From: an uncultured Candidatus Saccharibacteria bacterium
Lineage (GTDB): Bacteria; Patescibacteriota; Minisyncoccia; UBA6257; Colwellbacteraceae
DNA: 57,892 nucleotides
Assembly (NCBI GenBank): GCA_964565105.1
Contig: CAZMCG010000001.1
Span: 1-57,892 of the forward strand
Direction of reading: 5' to 3'
Shown here: in pieces, positions 44,937-55,326 of the stretch
Layout of the letters: every line of letters begins with the position of its first letter
How positions within the stretch are numbered: the stretch's first letter is position 1
The notes under the pieces: generated by a model
What the model saw: the letters and a program-made list of their open reading frames with translations, nothing else
Told to the model about the DNA's origin: nothing
The model's database searches: none
Program-made: the position numbers and the translations under genes

Positions 44937-46754
44937 TTATCTTTTCAATAACTCACGAAATACATCGGGTGGTATATCAACACGCCCTCGCTCCTTAAGA
45001 CGCTTTTTTCCTTTCTGTTGCTTCTTTAAAAGTTTATCCTTCCTAGTTCTGTCCCCGCCATATAAATCTCCAGTTACATTTTTTCTAAGTGGCGATATTG
45101 TCTCACGAGCTATAATGTCCCCACCAACTTTCACTTGGATTGCTTGAGCGAATTGTGCTCTAGGCAAAAGTTCTTTTAATTTTTTTGCCATCTTTCGTGC
45201 TTCACGTTGCACGTCATCTTTTGGAACTATGCGTGAGAGCCCAGAAACAAGCTCACTTGCAATATAAATATCTATTTTTTTAACTTCGGCATCTCTGTAT
45301 CCAGAAAATTCATAGCTAAAAGAAGCAAAGCCCTGCGAGACCGACTTCAACTTATCATCAAAATCAAGCACGATGTCCGCAAGCGGCATAACTGTTGATA
45401 TAACCATACTATCACCCGATGTGTGAGTTTTAATCTCACCAAAACGGAAAAGTCTTTTTAAATTCAAAACAGAACTAAGATATGTACCAGGAGTAATTAT
45501 TGTAAGTTTCGTATACGGCTCCGTTACGCCTACATATTCATTTGGAAATTCTTTTGCGTTTTCTACGGTTATTTCTTCCCCGGAGGCTATCTTAACCTTA
45601 TACGCTACTGACGGAAAACTATTTACAATTTCTTGCCCAAACTCACGCTCTAACCTCTGCATAACAATTTCAAAATGAAGCCTACCCAAAAAACCACACT
45701 TAAATCCACGACCAAGTACCGGACTCGTATCTGGTGTAATCTCTATAGAAGAATCATCAAGTCGTAATTTGTAAAGAGATGTCTTAAAGTCCTCATAATC
45801 ATTTGCGTCGTGAGGATAAATCGTGACAAAAACCACCGGATTGGGTACTAGAAATCCAGGTAGAGACTTCTCGCCAATCGTATCCCCAATCCTTATTGCA
45901 TCTGTATCTTTAAGGCCAGTTGCTATATACCCTATCTCACCTACATCAAGTGTGTCGAAAACGGAGAGTTGGGGAGTAAAATACCCTACCTCCTTCACTT
46001 TTAATGTTTTATCAAGTGCGTGAAGCTTTGCGGAGTCACCACATTTAAAACTGCCACCAAAAACACGGACAAACGCGATAATCCCCTTGTGATCATCGTA
46101 GAGTGAGCTGAAAATAAGCGCTGCCCTTTCTGCTATCTCTTGCGGAGCAGGTATTTTTTCTATTACAGCGTTTAATAGTTTCTCAACGCCGTCGCCAGTT
46201 TTTGCGGAGATACGGTGAATATCTTCGGGCTTTGCGTTTATTAATTTTGCGAGATCCTCTGCTAACCTATCAACACCATCGGGATTCAAATCAACTTTAT
46301 TTAGTGCACCTATTATTGTAAGTCCTGCGTTTTTTGCAGACTTAAGATTAGCTAATGTCTGCGCCTGAATTCCCTGACCCGCGTCAACTAAAAGAACAGC
46401 CCCCTCAACCGCCTTTAAAGCACGTGAAACTTCGTATGAAAAGTCACTATGACCAGGGGTATCAATTAAATTCAGAATGAATTTGTTGGAACTGTTCGAA
46501 CTATCAGATCGCTTTGCTTGTTGGATTTGCTCACCTCCAACATTTCCAATATCTCGAACTTTATAAACCATGCGAACAGGGGCCATCTTTATTGTAATTC
46601 CCCGCTCTCTTTCTAGCTCTAATAAATCCAAATACTGCTCGCGCATATTGCGAGACGACACAGTCCCTGTAATCTCAAGCATCCTATCAGCTAACGTTGA
46701 TTTTCCGTGATCAATATGCGCAATAATTACAAAATTCCTAATTTTATTATTCAT
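44937..46754 (-). CDS. lepA: Elongation factor 4 (LepA)
   Basis: IRNFVIIAHIDHGKSTLADR, LIDTPGH, NKVDL and the LepA C-terminal domain. Confidence 0.95.
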   Translation of the reverse strand: MNNKIRNFVIIAHIDHGKSTLADRMLEITGTVSSRNMREQYLDLLELERERGITIKMAPVRMVYKVRDIGNVGGEQIQQAKRSDSSNSSNKFILNLIDTPGHSDFSYEVSRALKAVEGAVLLVDAGQGIQAQTLANLKSAKNAGLTIIGALNKVDLNPDGVDRLAEDLAKLINAKPEDIHRISAKTGDGVEKLLNAVIEKIPAPQEIAERAALIFSSLYDDHKGIIAFVRVFGGSFKCGDSAKLHALDKTLKVKEVGYFTPQLSVFDTLDVGEIGYIATGLKDTDAIRIGDTIGEKSLPGFLVPNPVVFVTIYPHDANDYEDFKTSLYKLRLDDSSIEITPDTSPVLGRGFKCGFLGRLHFEIVMQRLEREFGQEIVNSFPSVAYKVKIASGEEITVENAKEFPNEYVGVTEPYTKLTIITPGTYLSSVLNLKRLFRFGEIKTHTSGDSMVISTVMPLADIVLDFDDKLKSVSQGFASFSYEFSGYRDAEVKKIDIYIASELVSGLSRIVPKDDVQREARKMAKKLKELLPRAQFAQAIQVKVGGDIIARETISPLRKNVTGDLYGGDRTRKDKLLKKQQKGKKRLKERGRVDIPPDVFRELLKR

Positions 46755-48642
46755 CCTTTATAAATGTAAGATTAATGGTAGTACGACTGAGAACCGCCTC
46801 GCTTTTGAACACAAACCTTGAGCTTTGAGATTCTTTCCATAAATATCCAGGAGGCGCAAAAATTGTATAGCTTAAAGACGATTCAATCCCTGACTGCTTA
46901 TCAAAAACAAACTTATATTTTGCACCATCGTAAACTTTAACACGATTTGTATAGTTAATCTCAATTTTATTTGTATTTCCACTTCTATCCAATGGCCACA
47001 TAGCAAACACATTTTTACCAAACTCCACATATCGCTCAACCCCAAACCCGTCCATAACCTCACGTGTACCCTCAATTATATCGAGCGTCGGATTAGTTGT
47101 ATAGTCCAATATTTTATAGTCTACAAGTGGTAGTAATACCCTTGGCATTACTCCCGAAACGGAAACAAGCTTTGCGTTAGGGGGTGTAAAAATTTTTACA
47201 AAATTCTGATTACGCAAAGCATTGGGCAGCCCTTGCTTGCTCACCTCTTTGTAGGTGTGCACTACAGACAGACGATTCTGCACAATTCCGCCGGAAGTAA
47301 TAAGAGACTCAAGCGCGATAGATTGATCAATAAATGTGTCAGATTGGCTCCCAGACACATTCGCGTTTACAACCGCAAGATAGTCTCCATTAAAATCGTT
47401 TGCTAATTGATAAACATCACCAGCGAACCCCATCTCTTTTACAAACTCCTGCAACTCCTGATCTCTGAGATAAAACTTAATGTCTTTGTTAATCATGCGA
47501 GCTAAAAACAGTAGCGTAACATCCCTTGTTTGACTATGGCTAAGCTTCCCCAAGCGATCAAGCATAACTGGCATCATAGCGCCCAAAATCTGCCCCTGGC
47601 TTTGTGTCTTGTTTTCGTCATACAATCCTCCGGCCCTGTCCCGCATCTTATCAATAAGGTTTTCACCCGTAAGCATAATGTCGTACTTTTGCAGCTTAAT
47701 TGGCCCCACAACTGCAAGCATATCACTTATGACATGCATATTTACAGATATTGCTCCATCAAACACAGTGCTGTAAGAGGCATACACGCCTGAGGCGTCG
47801 AGTAATTGAATAGTTTTTTCGGCTGAGGTGGGATAATCAAAGAACCAACTTGCATCACGCGCTCCCCAATTAGAGATTATGTGCACAAGTTGAAGTGGTG
47901 GAATGATGTTTAATGACAATTGACTGTCAGTATAATAAATATCATTTACCTTGATATCTGATATTGCGCCCCTATCAAGGGTTACCTTCGCATAACTTTC
48001 AATAAAACCACCAGATGGTCTTATCTTTGACTGATCTTCAAATAAAAGAATTATATGTCTTTTTTCAGGCACATCAATAAAACTTATGAGACTCCCGAGC
48101 CCATCACGAAGAGTGGCGAGGCTATCTAACGCATCAGCATTAATTGGCATATTAACACCGGGTAAATACTCCTCAAGGTTTAACTTTAAATTATTAAGCT
48201 TTTCTAAGTCACCATGTATATCCTGTAAAATACCAACAAGCTCTTCACCACCATCGTTAAGTACAAGATAAAATCCACGCTCATCAAGCACTCCCATATT
48301 CTCACCTAAGCCCACAGCAGTTCCAAGTAAGTTTCCAAATTTTCCAAAAAGGTTAAGTAGTAATCTACCCTCAGGTGCACCGATCAACTCCACATTCCCA
48401 TTTGAGTTAGTAGTAAAGGGCTCGGCTAATAGTGTTTGAATATTCTTAATTGGCGAGAGTGTGTCAGTTCTGTATAATCCAAGGCCAACGATAAAAATTA
48501 ACGCTGTCACAAAAAATGCCCTCGTAATCGCGCCCCAAGGAGAGTTTTTCCTTGGCTTTTTCCTTACCCGCATGACAGCCGCCACAGGATGACGAATGTC
48601 GTGCAGTACAAAATCTATATTTCCGCGAGACTCGTGTTTCAT
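46747..48642 (-). CDS. Large membrane-anchored hypothetical protein (possibly DUF4012-like)
   Basis: 631-aa ORF with an N-terminal transmembrane segment (AFFVTALIFIVGLGL). No catalytic motif recognised. The family guess comes from size and architecture only. Confidence 0.75.
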   Translation of the reverse strand: MKHESRGNIDFVLHDIRHPVAAVMRVRKKPRKNSPWGAITRAFFVTALIFIVGLGLYRTDTLSPIKNIQTLLAEPFTTNSNGNVELIGAPEGRLLLNLFGKFGNLLGTAVGLGENMGVLDERGFYLVLNDGGEELVGILQDIHGDLEKLNNLKLNLEEYLPGVNMPINADALDSLATLRDGLGSLISFIDVPEKRHIILLFEDQSKIRPSGGFIESYAKVTLDRGAISDIKVNDIYYTDSQLSLNIIPPLQLVHIISNWGARDASWFFDYPTSAEKTIQLLDASGVYASYSTVFDGAISVNMHVISDMLAVVGPIKLQKYDIMLTGENLIDKMRDRAGGLYDENKTQSQGQILGAMMPVMLDRLGKLSHSQTRDVTLLFLARMINKDIKFYLRDQELQEFVKEMGFAGDVYQLANDFNGDYLAVVNANVSGSQSDTFIDQSIALESLITSGGIVQNRLSVVHTYKEVSKQGLPNALRNQNFVKIFTPPNAKLVSVSGVMPRVLLPLVDYKILDYTTNPTLDIIEGTREVMDGFGVERYVEFGKNVFAMWPLDRSGNTNKIEINYTNRVKVYDGAKYKFVFDKQSGIESSLSYTIFAPPGYLWKESQSSRFVFKSEAVLSRTTINLTFIKDE

Positions 48643-49065
48643 AAAAACTGAGGTTATAGGTGTTAGGCTTTAGATTTTCTATTAGTTATTTTATATCACC
48701 TCTCACCTATAACCTATCACCTTGCATGTATCATACGACGGTGGAATAAAAAATAAAATAGGTTATCTTTGTGTTTGTTTAAATATATCAACCTCCTTTT
48801 TACACAGCGTCTTTATTACACAAAACAAAATCTATAAAAACCAATAAACACCATATAACACGACACCAAGCTCTTATGTCGCAAATTTGACATATACTAC
48901 ATAAATTTGCTAGTCTTTATAAAGTTTTGGGGGGTGTAAGCTCTTTTACAAAATAATCCATAGAAAAACTACAATAAGACGAGTTCTTGAGTGCCAGTAA
49001 GGGAATACTGGCTTTGAAGACGCTCACCTAATTGTAATCGACAACAATCCCAAGAAGGAGGGATT

Positions 49066-49464
49066 ATGACTACAAAAAAAGCCCCCGGCGGCGCCCATGA
49101 TTTGAGAATAAACAGTATATCCGAGGGGTTCGAGAAACTCTTCGGACAACACCTATCCAAATACAGGCGCCTGAAGGAAAGGGTGATGTTTCTTGAGCAC
49201 AAAAAGAGCCCAAGATTTCACAGGAAAATCAATACTCACGTTGCATCCATGTGGTATCTTTGGCGCTTTAAAAAAGCGCAAAGGTTTAACAAACAGTTCT
49301 GGCAAACATACGCAGAGATAACAAATTGCGTGTTTGACAGAGCCAAAAAGATGATCGAAGAAGAAGAAGCTCGCCTTCTGTATTTCGGGGGCGGAAAGGA
49401 TGATGAAGAGCTTATCCGGCTCGCAAATCAGCTTCTTGAAGGAATTCAAGAGGTCCAAACCTAA
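49066..49464 (+). CDS. Hypothetical protein (orphan cassette)
   Basis: 132-aa ORF with GAAGGAGGG upstream of the ATG, followed by a strong terminator. Confidence 0.65.
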   Translation: MTTKKAPGGAHDLRINSISEGFEKLFGQHLSKYRRLKERVMFLEHKKSPRFHRKINTHVASMWYLWRFKKAQRFNKQFWQTYAEITNCVFDRAKKMIEEEEARLLYFGGGKDDEELIRLANQLLEGIQEVQT

Positions 49465-49466
49465 CA

Positions 49467-49510
49467 AACCCCACACAGGAGAACCTCCTGTGCGGGGTTC
49501 TTCTATTTTT
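49467..49510 (+). terminator. Intrinsic terminator
   Basis: aaccccacacaggag-aac-ctcctgtgcggggtt followed by cttctattttt. Confidence 0.75.
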
Positions 49511-49634
49511 AGAACGAGCCGTGAACCCATACCCACAATCCAGATAGAACCCTACGGATTCCCGCGTCTGGGCTACTACCAGCCCACCGTAGCCAATTTA
49601 TTCTATCTCATCTAATACTATTTTTTTCTGCTCC

Positions 49635-49982
49635 TCATAAGAAAGTGTACTGTCTATCTAAAGCCTCTTGTTCGCTGATTTTAAACCACAAAAGAATATA
49701 GTCTGCCCCATTCTCCTCAGCAATTTTCTGGAGACGCACCCTGTACATCCTCAGGGTTGAGTTGGCGTCATAAACCACGCTATTCCCAGTAGATAAAATC
49801 TCTTCCGACATAGCATCCATAGCACCAAATACAGAACGGTTTCGTGGGGAGTGTACTTGGGCTCATCAAAAATACTAATTCTTAGCATATCACTGTTTAG
49901 GTGAACCGCGGAAAAATCTTTACAGAAACGCCTCGCAAAATATGTCTTACCAGAACCACCAACAATGCCATCCCTAAATCAT
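49635..49982 (-). pseudogene. Degraded P-loop kinase / AAA-type ATP-binding protein gene
   Basis: Walker A DGIVGGSGKTYFA (about 49942-49974) is in one frame with no in-frame start (the ATG at 49980-49982 is followed by ATT TAG). The continuation FGAMDAMSEEILSTGNSVVYDAN... (49635-49820) is in a second frame. There are at least two lesions. Confidence 0.6.
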
Positions 49983-50030
49983 TTTGTATATACAAAATGA
50001 TCGGGCGATCAATCTCGTAGCGAGATTGAT

Positions 50031-52613
50031 TTAGCCATGGCATTGCTTGAACTTCTTTGGGCGCCCATCAGGGCGTTTCGCTCCGCACGGACACGGAGCG
50101 TTGCGACCGACACCCTTAAATTTTGGATTATGAACAACAGCAATGTGCCTGCGCCTCTCCTCTACCTCTTCCTCCGTTAACTCACGGACATTAAATATAT
50201 TTGTAAAAACCCACTCATCAAAGTAAGCCTGCATCCTGTCAAAAAATGTCCGCCCATCCTTTCTATATTCAACAAGCGGGTCACGCTGGCCATACGCGCG
50301 AAGACGGACAGACTCTGAAAGTGCCTCTATATCTTCTAAGTGATTCATCCAAAGCATATTCCAGACATCCAAAAGTTGGTGACCGACAGCAAGTAAAATT
50401 GTCTCATTAAAATTACTTATACGCTTTTCTGCAAACTCTTTTATCCCCTCTTCATCCTTTATATCCTCCGGGATACCCGCGCGCGCAAAAAATTCCTGAC
50501 GCTTATCTTCTACAGCATTAGTCTCACTGAGTCTAAAAAGAGCATTATGAATAGATTCATTTAAAACTTCACGAATTTTCTCCGGATTTTTAATTTTAAT
50601 CTTCTTATCTTCGCCCGTTCTTGCGCGACTCACGGCTTCAACAAATTCCTGACGCCTCTTATAAAACGCTCCGCGTTGTTTGTTTAAAATATCATCATAA
50701 TCAAGAAGGTGTTTACGAGAGTCAAAGTTAAATCCCTCAACCTTACCCTGCGCCTGCTCAACGGCCTTGGAAATCATTTTATTCTCAATCGGCATATCCT
50801 CCGGCAAGTCAAATTTCTCCATAAAGCCCTGGATTCGCTCACCACCAAAAACACGCATGAGATCATCCTCAAGTGAAAGGAAGAACCGCGATGACCCAGG
50901 GTCACCCTGGCGTCCCGCGCGGCCCCTTAACTGGTTATCAATTCTCCGTGCATCGTGACGCGCAGTTCCTATAACATGTAGGCCACCCAAGTCTTTTACT
51001 TTTTCTGAGTTCTCCTTGATCGAAGGATTACCACCTAAAATAATGTCGATCCCGCGACCGGCCATGTTCGTAGCGACGGTGACCGCCCCCTCCCTACCAG
51101 CTTGGGCAATTATCGAACCCTCCCGCTCGTTATTTTTTGCATTCAGGACCTCGTGGGGAACACCTGCCTTCTGTAGATAACTAGAAAGGAGCTCGTTTTT
51201 ATCAATTGAAATCGTCCCTAAAAGCACCGGCTGCCCCTTCTCGTTACGAGCTTTAACCTCATTTGCAACCGCATTATATTTAGCATCAAGTGTTTTATAA
51301 ACAACATCCGAAGCGTCGTCTCTTATAAGCGGACGATTAGTCGGGATACTTACAACTTTCATGCCATAAACTTTGTCAAATTCCTCGGCCGAAGTCTGGG
51401 CTGTGCCCGTCATGCCGGCAAGTTTACTATAAAGACGAAAATAGTTTTGGATTGTAATTTGAGCGACTGTTCGCGACTCGTCTTTTACATTAAGCCCCTC
51501 TTTGGCCTCGATGGCCTGATGTAGTCCCGCCGAATAGCGACGACCGGGCATCATTCGCCCAGTAAACTGATCTACTATCACAACCTCGCCGTTTTTTACA
51601 ACGTATTCCTTATCTATCTGGAAAATTGCCTTTGCCTTTAAACTTGCGTCCAAATAACTTACAAGGCGCAAATTTTCAACAGCATATAGATCTTTTATAC
51701 CCGTAATTTTCTCAACCTTATTTATCCCTTGCTCTAAAATCTCTACTGATTTTAATTTTTCATCTACGAGATAGTCGTCACCAACAGTCAATTGCCCAAC
51801 GGCTTTCGCAAAAACTTTATAGTGTCCCCCTGAGCCTGTGTCGGGTGATGAGATAATAAGTGGCGTACGCGCTTCATCAATTAATATGGAGTCGACCTCA
51901 TCTACAATCACAAAGTTAAGTTTTGATTGTACCTGCTCGGAGACATCAGCGCGTAGGTTATCACGAAGATAATCAAAACCAAACTCATGATTTGTCCCGT
52001 AAACTATTTCAGCCTCATACGCCTCTTTACGAGAAATCGGACGCAAAAAGTCTTCCTGAATATTAAAAGCTCCGGTCAAATCACGCTCTGCATCAACCTT
52101 TGCCTTTTCTTCCTCACTTACTTTCCAGTCAGAGTCATAAGCAAGCGCGCCATCGTGAACAAGACACGCGACTTTGAGTCCGAGAAAATCATAAATCTCC
52201 CCCATCCATACCGCATCACGCTTTGCTAGATATTCATTGACCGTTATAACATGAACACCCTTACCTGACAGGGCGTTTAGATATATAGGCGCTGTTGAAG
52301 CGAGCGTTTTACCCTCACCCATTTTCATCTCCGCAATACCGCCATTATGTATGACAAGCCCACTCCAAAGCTGGACATCATAGTGTCGTTGTCCAAGAGT
52401 CCTTTTTGCGGCTTCTCGTACAAGCGCGAACGCTCTCGGTAAAAGCTCCTTTAAGTCCTCTCCGCCTCTCGCGCGTTCACGAAGGCTCGCGCTTTCCTTT
52501 TTAAAATCGTCATCAGAAAAACTCCCTATTTCTTTTTCAAGGTCATTTATTTTTCCTATTTCAGCGGGCGGCTTAGCACCGTCCGCACGGCTTTTTAAAA
52601 ATTTAAGGGGCAT
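50031..52613 (-). CDS. secA: Preprotein translocase ATPase SecA
   Basis: 860 aa with MGEGKTL, DEVDSILIDEARTPLIIS, TNMAGRGIDI and a C-terminal zinc motif CPCG...C. Confidence 0.95.
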   Translation of the reverse strand: MPLKFLKSRADGAKPPAEIGKINDLEKEIGSFSDDDFKKESASLRERARGGEDLKELLPRAFALVREAAKRTLGQRHYDVQLWSGLVIHNGGIAEMKMGEGKTLASTAPIYLNALSGKGVHVITVNEYLAKRDAVWMGEIYDFLGLKVACLVHDGALAYDSDWKVSEEEKAKVDAERDLTGAFNIQEDFLRPISRKEAYEAEIVYGTNHEFGFDYLRDNLRADVSEQVQSKLNFVIVDEVDSILIDEARTPLIISSPDTGSGGHYKVFAKAVGQLTVGDDYLVDEKLKSVEILEQGINKVEKITGIKDLYAVENLRLVSYLDASLKAKAIFQIDKEYVVKNGEVVIVDQFTGRMMPGRRYSAGLHQAIEAKEGLNVKDESRTVAQITIQNYFRLYSKLAGMTGTAQTSAEEFDKVYGMKVVSIPTNRPLIRDDASDVVYKTLDAKYNAVANEVKARNEKGQPVLLGTISIDKNELLSSYLQKAGVPHEVLNAKNNEREGSIIAQAGREGAVTVATNMAGRGIDIILGGNPSIKENSEKVKDLGGLHVIGTARHDARRIDNQLRGRAGRQGDPGSSRFFLSLEDDLMRVFGGERIQGFMEKFDLPEDMPIENKMISKAVEQAQGKVEGFNFDSRKHLLDYDDILNKQRGAFYKRRQEFVEAVSRARTGEDKKIKIKNPEKIREVLNESIHNALFRLSETNAVEDKRQEFFARAGIPEDIKDEEGIKEFAEKRISNFNETILLAVGHQLLDVWNMLWMNHLEDIEALSESVRLRAYGQRDPLVEYRKDGRTFFDRMQAYFDEWVFTNIFNVRELTEEEVEERRRHIAVVHNPKFKGVGRNAPCPCGAKRPDGRPKKFKQCHG

Positions 52614-52619
52614 ATAGGT

Positions 52620-52925
52620 TTAGCGTACTTTGTTCTTGCGAATTTCACGCTTGAGCTTACGCCTTGCTTCTCTTATTGCTTTCCAGATATTCTCGTCATT
52701 GTGCTCTGCTAAAAGCGTCATACCAGGGGCGTGTAAATTAATCTGCGCATGGAAAACGTTACCGTGTCGGTGGCGTTGTGTTAGGCGCTCAAGTCTAACT
52801 CTCGCGTGAATCGAACTTTTATCAAATTTGCGTAAAAACTTTTCAATTCCGCCAATTTTATTCTCAATATGCGCACGAAGAGTTGGTGTTAAATCAAACC
52901 CAATAGTCTGGATATCTATTTGCAT
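52620..52925 (-). CDS. hpf: Ribosome hibernation-promoting factor (short HPF/RaiA)
   Basis: MQIDIQTIGFDLTPTLRAHIENKI. The start at 52925 is preferred over the longer ORF. Confidence 0.85.
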   Translation of the reverse strand: MQIDIQTIGFDLTPTLRAHIENKIGGIEKFLRKFDKSSIHARVRLERLTQRHRHGNVFHAQINLHAPGMTLLAEHNDENIWKAIREARRKLKREIRKNKVR

Positions 52926-52992
52926 CTTATAGCCATTATACGAATATGAATAAGTTAGTAAATAGGAGGCAGTACTCAAGTTATCTTACTTC

Positions 52993-53736
52993 TTACTTTA
53001 GCTCAAATGCCAGTTTAAGAGCCGAGTGATCTGATATCTCATCCTCTACTACCTCAAAACTAAAAACTTCTACCTTGTCATTTGTAAATACATAATCTGC
53101 AAAGCGTATATCCTTCTTGTAGTAAGAAGTTCTCGTTGAAATGATTCCATTATCTGTAATTAAATTTTTCATCCCGCTTTCTTCAATTATTTTAATGCTC
53201 TTTGTGTTCGGCAAGAGGTTAAAGTCACCACAAAGTATTTTACTGCCAGTAAATTGATCTGTGTACGCAACTATCCTTCTGGACTGCTCCAACCTGTATT
53301 CACTATCAGATTTACCCATGCCGTTCCACAAACCATGAAGGTTAAAAATATTCAGCTCTCTGCCATTTATATTAAAGGATAGTGACTGGAGATTACGCGC
53401 ATGATCGGCTGTATGAAAATCTGACTTATATCCTCTGCTTTTGTAGATATAAGTCTCCTCTTCTTTAACTGGCCCCATCTTCTCATTTATGAAGGTGGCT
53501 AATCCAAAATTATCATTGTATTGAGTGCGAAAATAGCCAACATGATTTGGTAAAATTTTCGCGATGTCGGAATAAATCTCCACATTGGCTTTAAACTCAC
53601 CTTGTGTGAGGTAGTTTGGTGGACCATTATATATTTCCTGAAAACAATATATGTCTATATCTATATTACTCTTCAAAAAATCCAAAATTTTATTTACTCT
53701 TCCTGCCCAAGTATTAAGGGTAATTAACTTAAACAT
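52993..53736 (-). CDS. Endonuclease/exonuclease/phosphatase (EEP) family protein
   Basis: MFKLITLNTWAG, FQEI, NLHG, GDFN and SDHSAL. The ATG at 53736 has GGAG 8 nt upstream. The longer ORF runs through non-coding repeats. Confidence 0.85.
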   Translation of the reverse strand: MFKLITLNTWAGRVNKILDFLKSNIDIDIYCFQEIYNGPPNYLTQGEFKANVEIYSDIAKILPNHVGYFRTQYNDNFGLATFINEKMGPVKEEETYIYKSRGYKSDFHTADHARNLQSLSFNINGRELNIFNLHGLWNGMGKSDSEYRLEQSRRIVAYTDQFTGSKILCGDFNLLPNTKSIKIIEESGMKNLITDNGIISTRTSYYKKDIRFADYVFTNDKVEVFSFEVVEDEISDHSALKLAFELK

Positions 53737-53745
53737 ACCCAAACT

Positions 53746-53990
53746 CCACCACGGCGAGCGAGAAGAAAAGAAGTGCACTTTGTATATTTGTTTTCTTCGA
53801 GCGAAACCGTGGCAAACGATAGTGCCACCACGGCGAGCGAGAAGAAAAGAAGTGCACTTTGTATATTTGTTTTCTTCGAGCGAAACCGTGGCAAACGATA
53901 GTGCCACCACGGCGAGCGAGGAGAAAAGAAGTGTACTTTGTATATTTGTTTTATCCGAGCGATGCTGTGGCAAACGATAGTGCCACCATC
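53746..53990. repeat. 79-bp tandem repeat, 3 copies plus a partial fourth
   Basis: Copies start at 53746, 53825 and 53904, with a partial copy at 53983. Copies 1 and 2 are identical and copy 3 has a few substitutions. The repeat lies between the murB stop and the EEP start. Confidence 0.9.
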
Positions 53991-54008
53991 AACTTCCAGC
54001 TTACGTAC

Positions 54009-54941
54009 TTAAACCTCCACGATTCTTATCTCCTCCTCAAGCTCAATGCCAAAATCAGAATAAACTTTACTTTTGATGTGGTCCATTAACTCAATAACAT
54101 CAGAAGACAAGGCGTTGCCAGTGTTTACGATAAAAGCTGAGTGCTTTGGTGAAACAATAGCGCCACCGACACCCGCGCCTTTTAGGTTTGCCTTGTCAAT
54201 TAAGTGTGCAGCGGGAATAACCGGAAACGGATCTATTTTAATCGCCTCGCGGTGCGGAGAAACAAGCTCGTCGGATAGTCCATCAACTTTTACATTCTTA
54301 AATATACTACCGATATTAGGCTGATCTAACGGCTGGCGTTCTTCACGATACCGAATTTTTGACTGCACGCTTTCGTATAAATATCTCTTATCACCAGGTT
54401 TTAGTTTTAGAGTAGCTCCCAAAATTATTTCACGAGTGTCATCGCTCTTAAAAACACTCCATCGGTACATAAATTTGCAATTCTCGCAATCTCTTCGCTT
54501 GAGTTTCAATGTATCCATATCAAGGCTTACGACCTCCTCCACTAAATCTTTGATTTCACCGCCAAAACACCCTGCGTTTCCAAAGATGGCACCGCCAAAG
54601 CTCCCCGGCAATCCGCCCGCCCATTCCAGTCCGGCAAGCCCATAAGTAATCGAGGTGTAAACAAGGTCCGACACCAGCACGCCGGCACCCGCAAAAATGC
54701 GGTTCCCTTTTACCTCAACATCAGCGATAAGTGGTCGAATAACGACACCGTAAAACTCGTGATCACTCCAAAGAATGTTCGTTCCGCCTCCTAAAACGAA
54801 GACTGGTAGTTTAACCTGCCTTGCGACCCGCAGGGCGTCTATAAGTTCACCAGCATTATCCGCGCTTACAAAATCGCGCGCGGAGCCTCCAATTTTGATG
54901 CTCGAAAAATTTTTTAATTCTACCCTTTTACCTATCTGCAT
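54009..54941 (-). CDS. murB: UDP-N-acetylenolpyruvoylglucosamine reductase
   Basis: FAD-binding IGGSAR..V, GGGTNIL, GAGV and GGAIVS.KH..FIVN. Confidence 0.9.
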   Translation of the reverse strand: MQIGKRVELKNFSSIKIGGSARDFVSADNAGELIDALRVARQVKLPVFVLGGGTNILWSDHEFYGVVIRPLIADVEVKGNRIFAGAGVLVSDLVYTSITYGLAGLEWAGGLPGSFGGAIFGNAGCFGGEIKDLVEEVVSLDMDTLKLKRRDCENCKFMYRWSVFKSDDTREIILGATLKLKPGDKRYLYESVQSKIRYREERQPLDQPNIGSIFKNVKVDGLSDELVSPHREAIKIDPFPVIPAAHLIDKANLKGAGVGGAIVSPKHSAFIVNTGNALSSDVIELMDHIKSKVYSDFGIELEEEIRIVEV

Positions 54942-55064
54942 ATCAATTAGTGACCGATCCGAATAACCCGAATTATATCCGAATGTCCCGAATAAATTAA
55001 ATCTTACAATATCTTATTATTTGTAGATTCGGATGTATTTGTAGTTTTGGATCGCATACTCACT

Positions 55065-55129
55065 AAAAAGGAGCGGCATGGTGCACTACCAATACTCGGT
55101 GTTAAGTGAGTGCCCGTGCTTACCGCTCC
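55065..55129 (-). terminator. Intrinsic terminator candidate between the exonuclease gene and murB
   Basis: On the minus strand: ggagcgg...gcac / gtgc...ccgctcc long hairpin followed by ttttt. Confidence 0.5.
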
Positions 55130-55326
55130 AACCTTCATTGTACCCTACGCTCGAAAAAAGGTAAATTAAAAATTGACACATCATAATTCTTATAAAGTTT
55201 TATAAAACATATTTTTCACAAAAAACCAAAACACTGAATATAAGTGAGTTCAGAAAAAGTCGAAAAAATATTTTTTAGTATATTCACTTACCATCTTGCC
55301 CATATAAATTAATTATATAATGCGAT

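Noticed and set aside
52993-53973. The 326-aa version of the EEP ORF with an 80-aa N-terminal extension.
   Set aside because: The extension is translated from the 79-bp repeats, whose period is not a multiple of 3, so the frame differs between units. An internal ATG at 53736 with GGAG starts exactly at the conserved MFKLITLNTW N-terminus.
53746-53990. Regularly spaced repeats, considered as a possible CRISPR array.
   Set aside because: The units are contiguous 79-bp tandem copies with no unique spacers between them, and no cas genes are present in the window.
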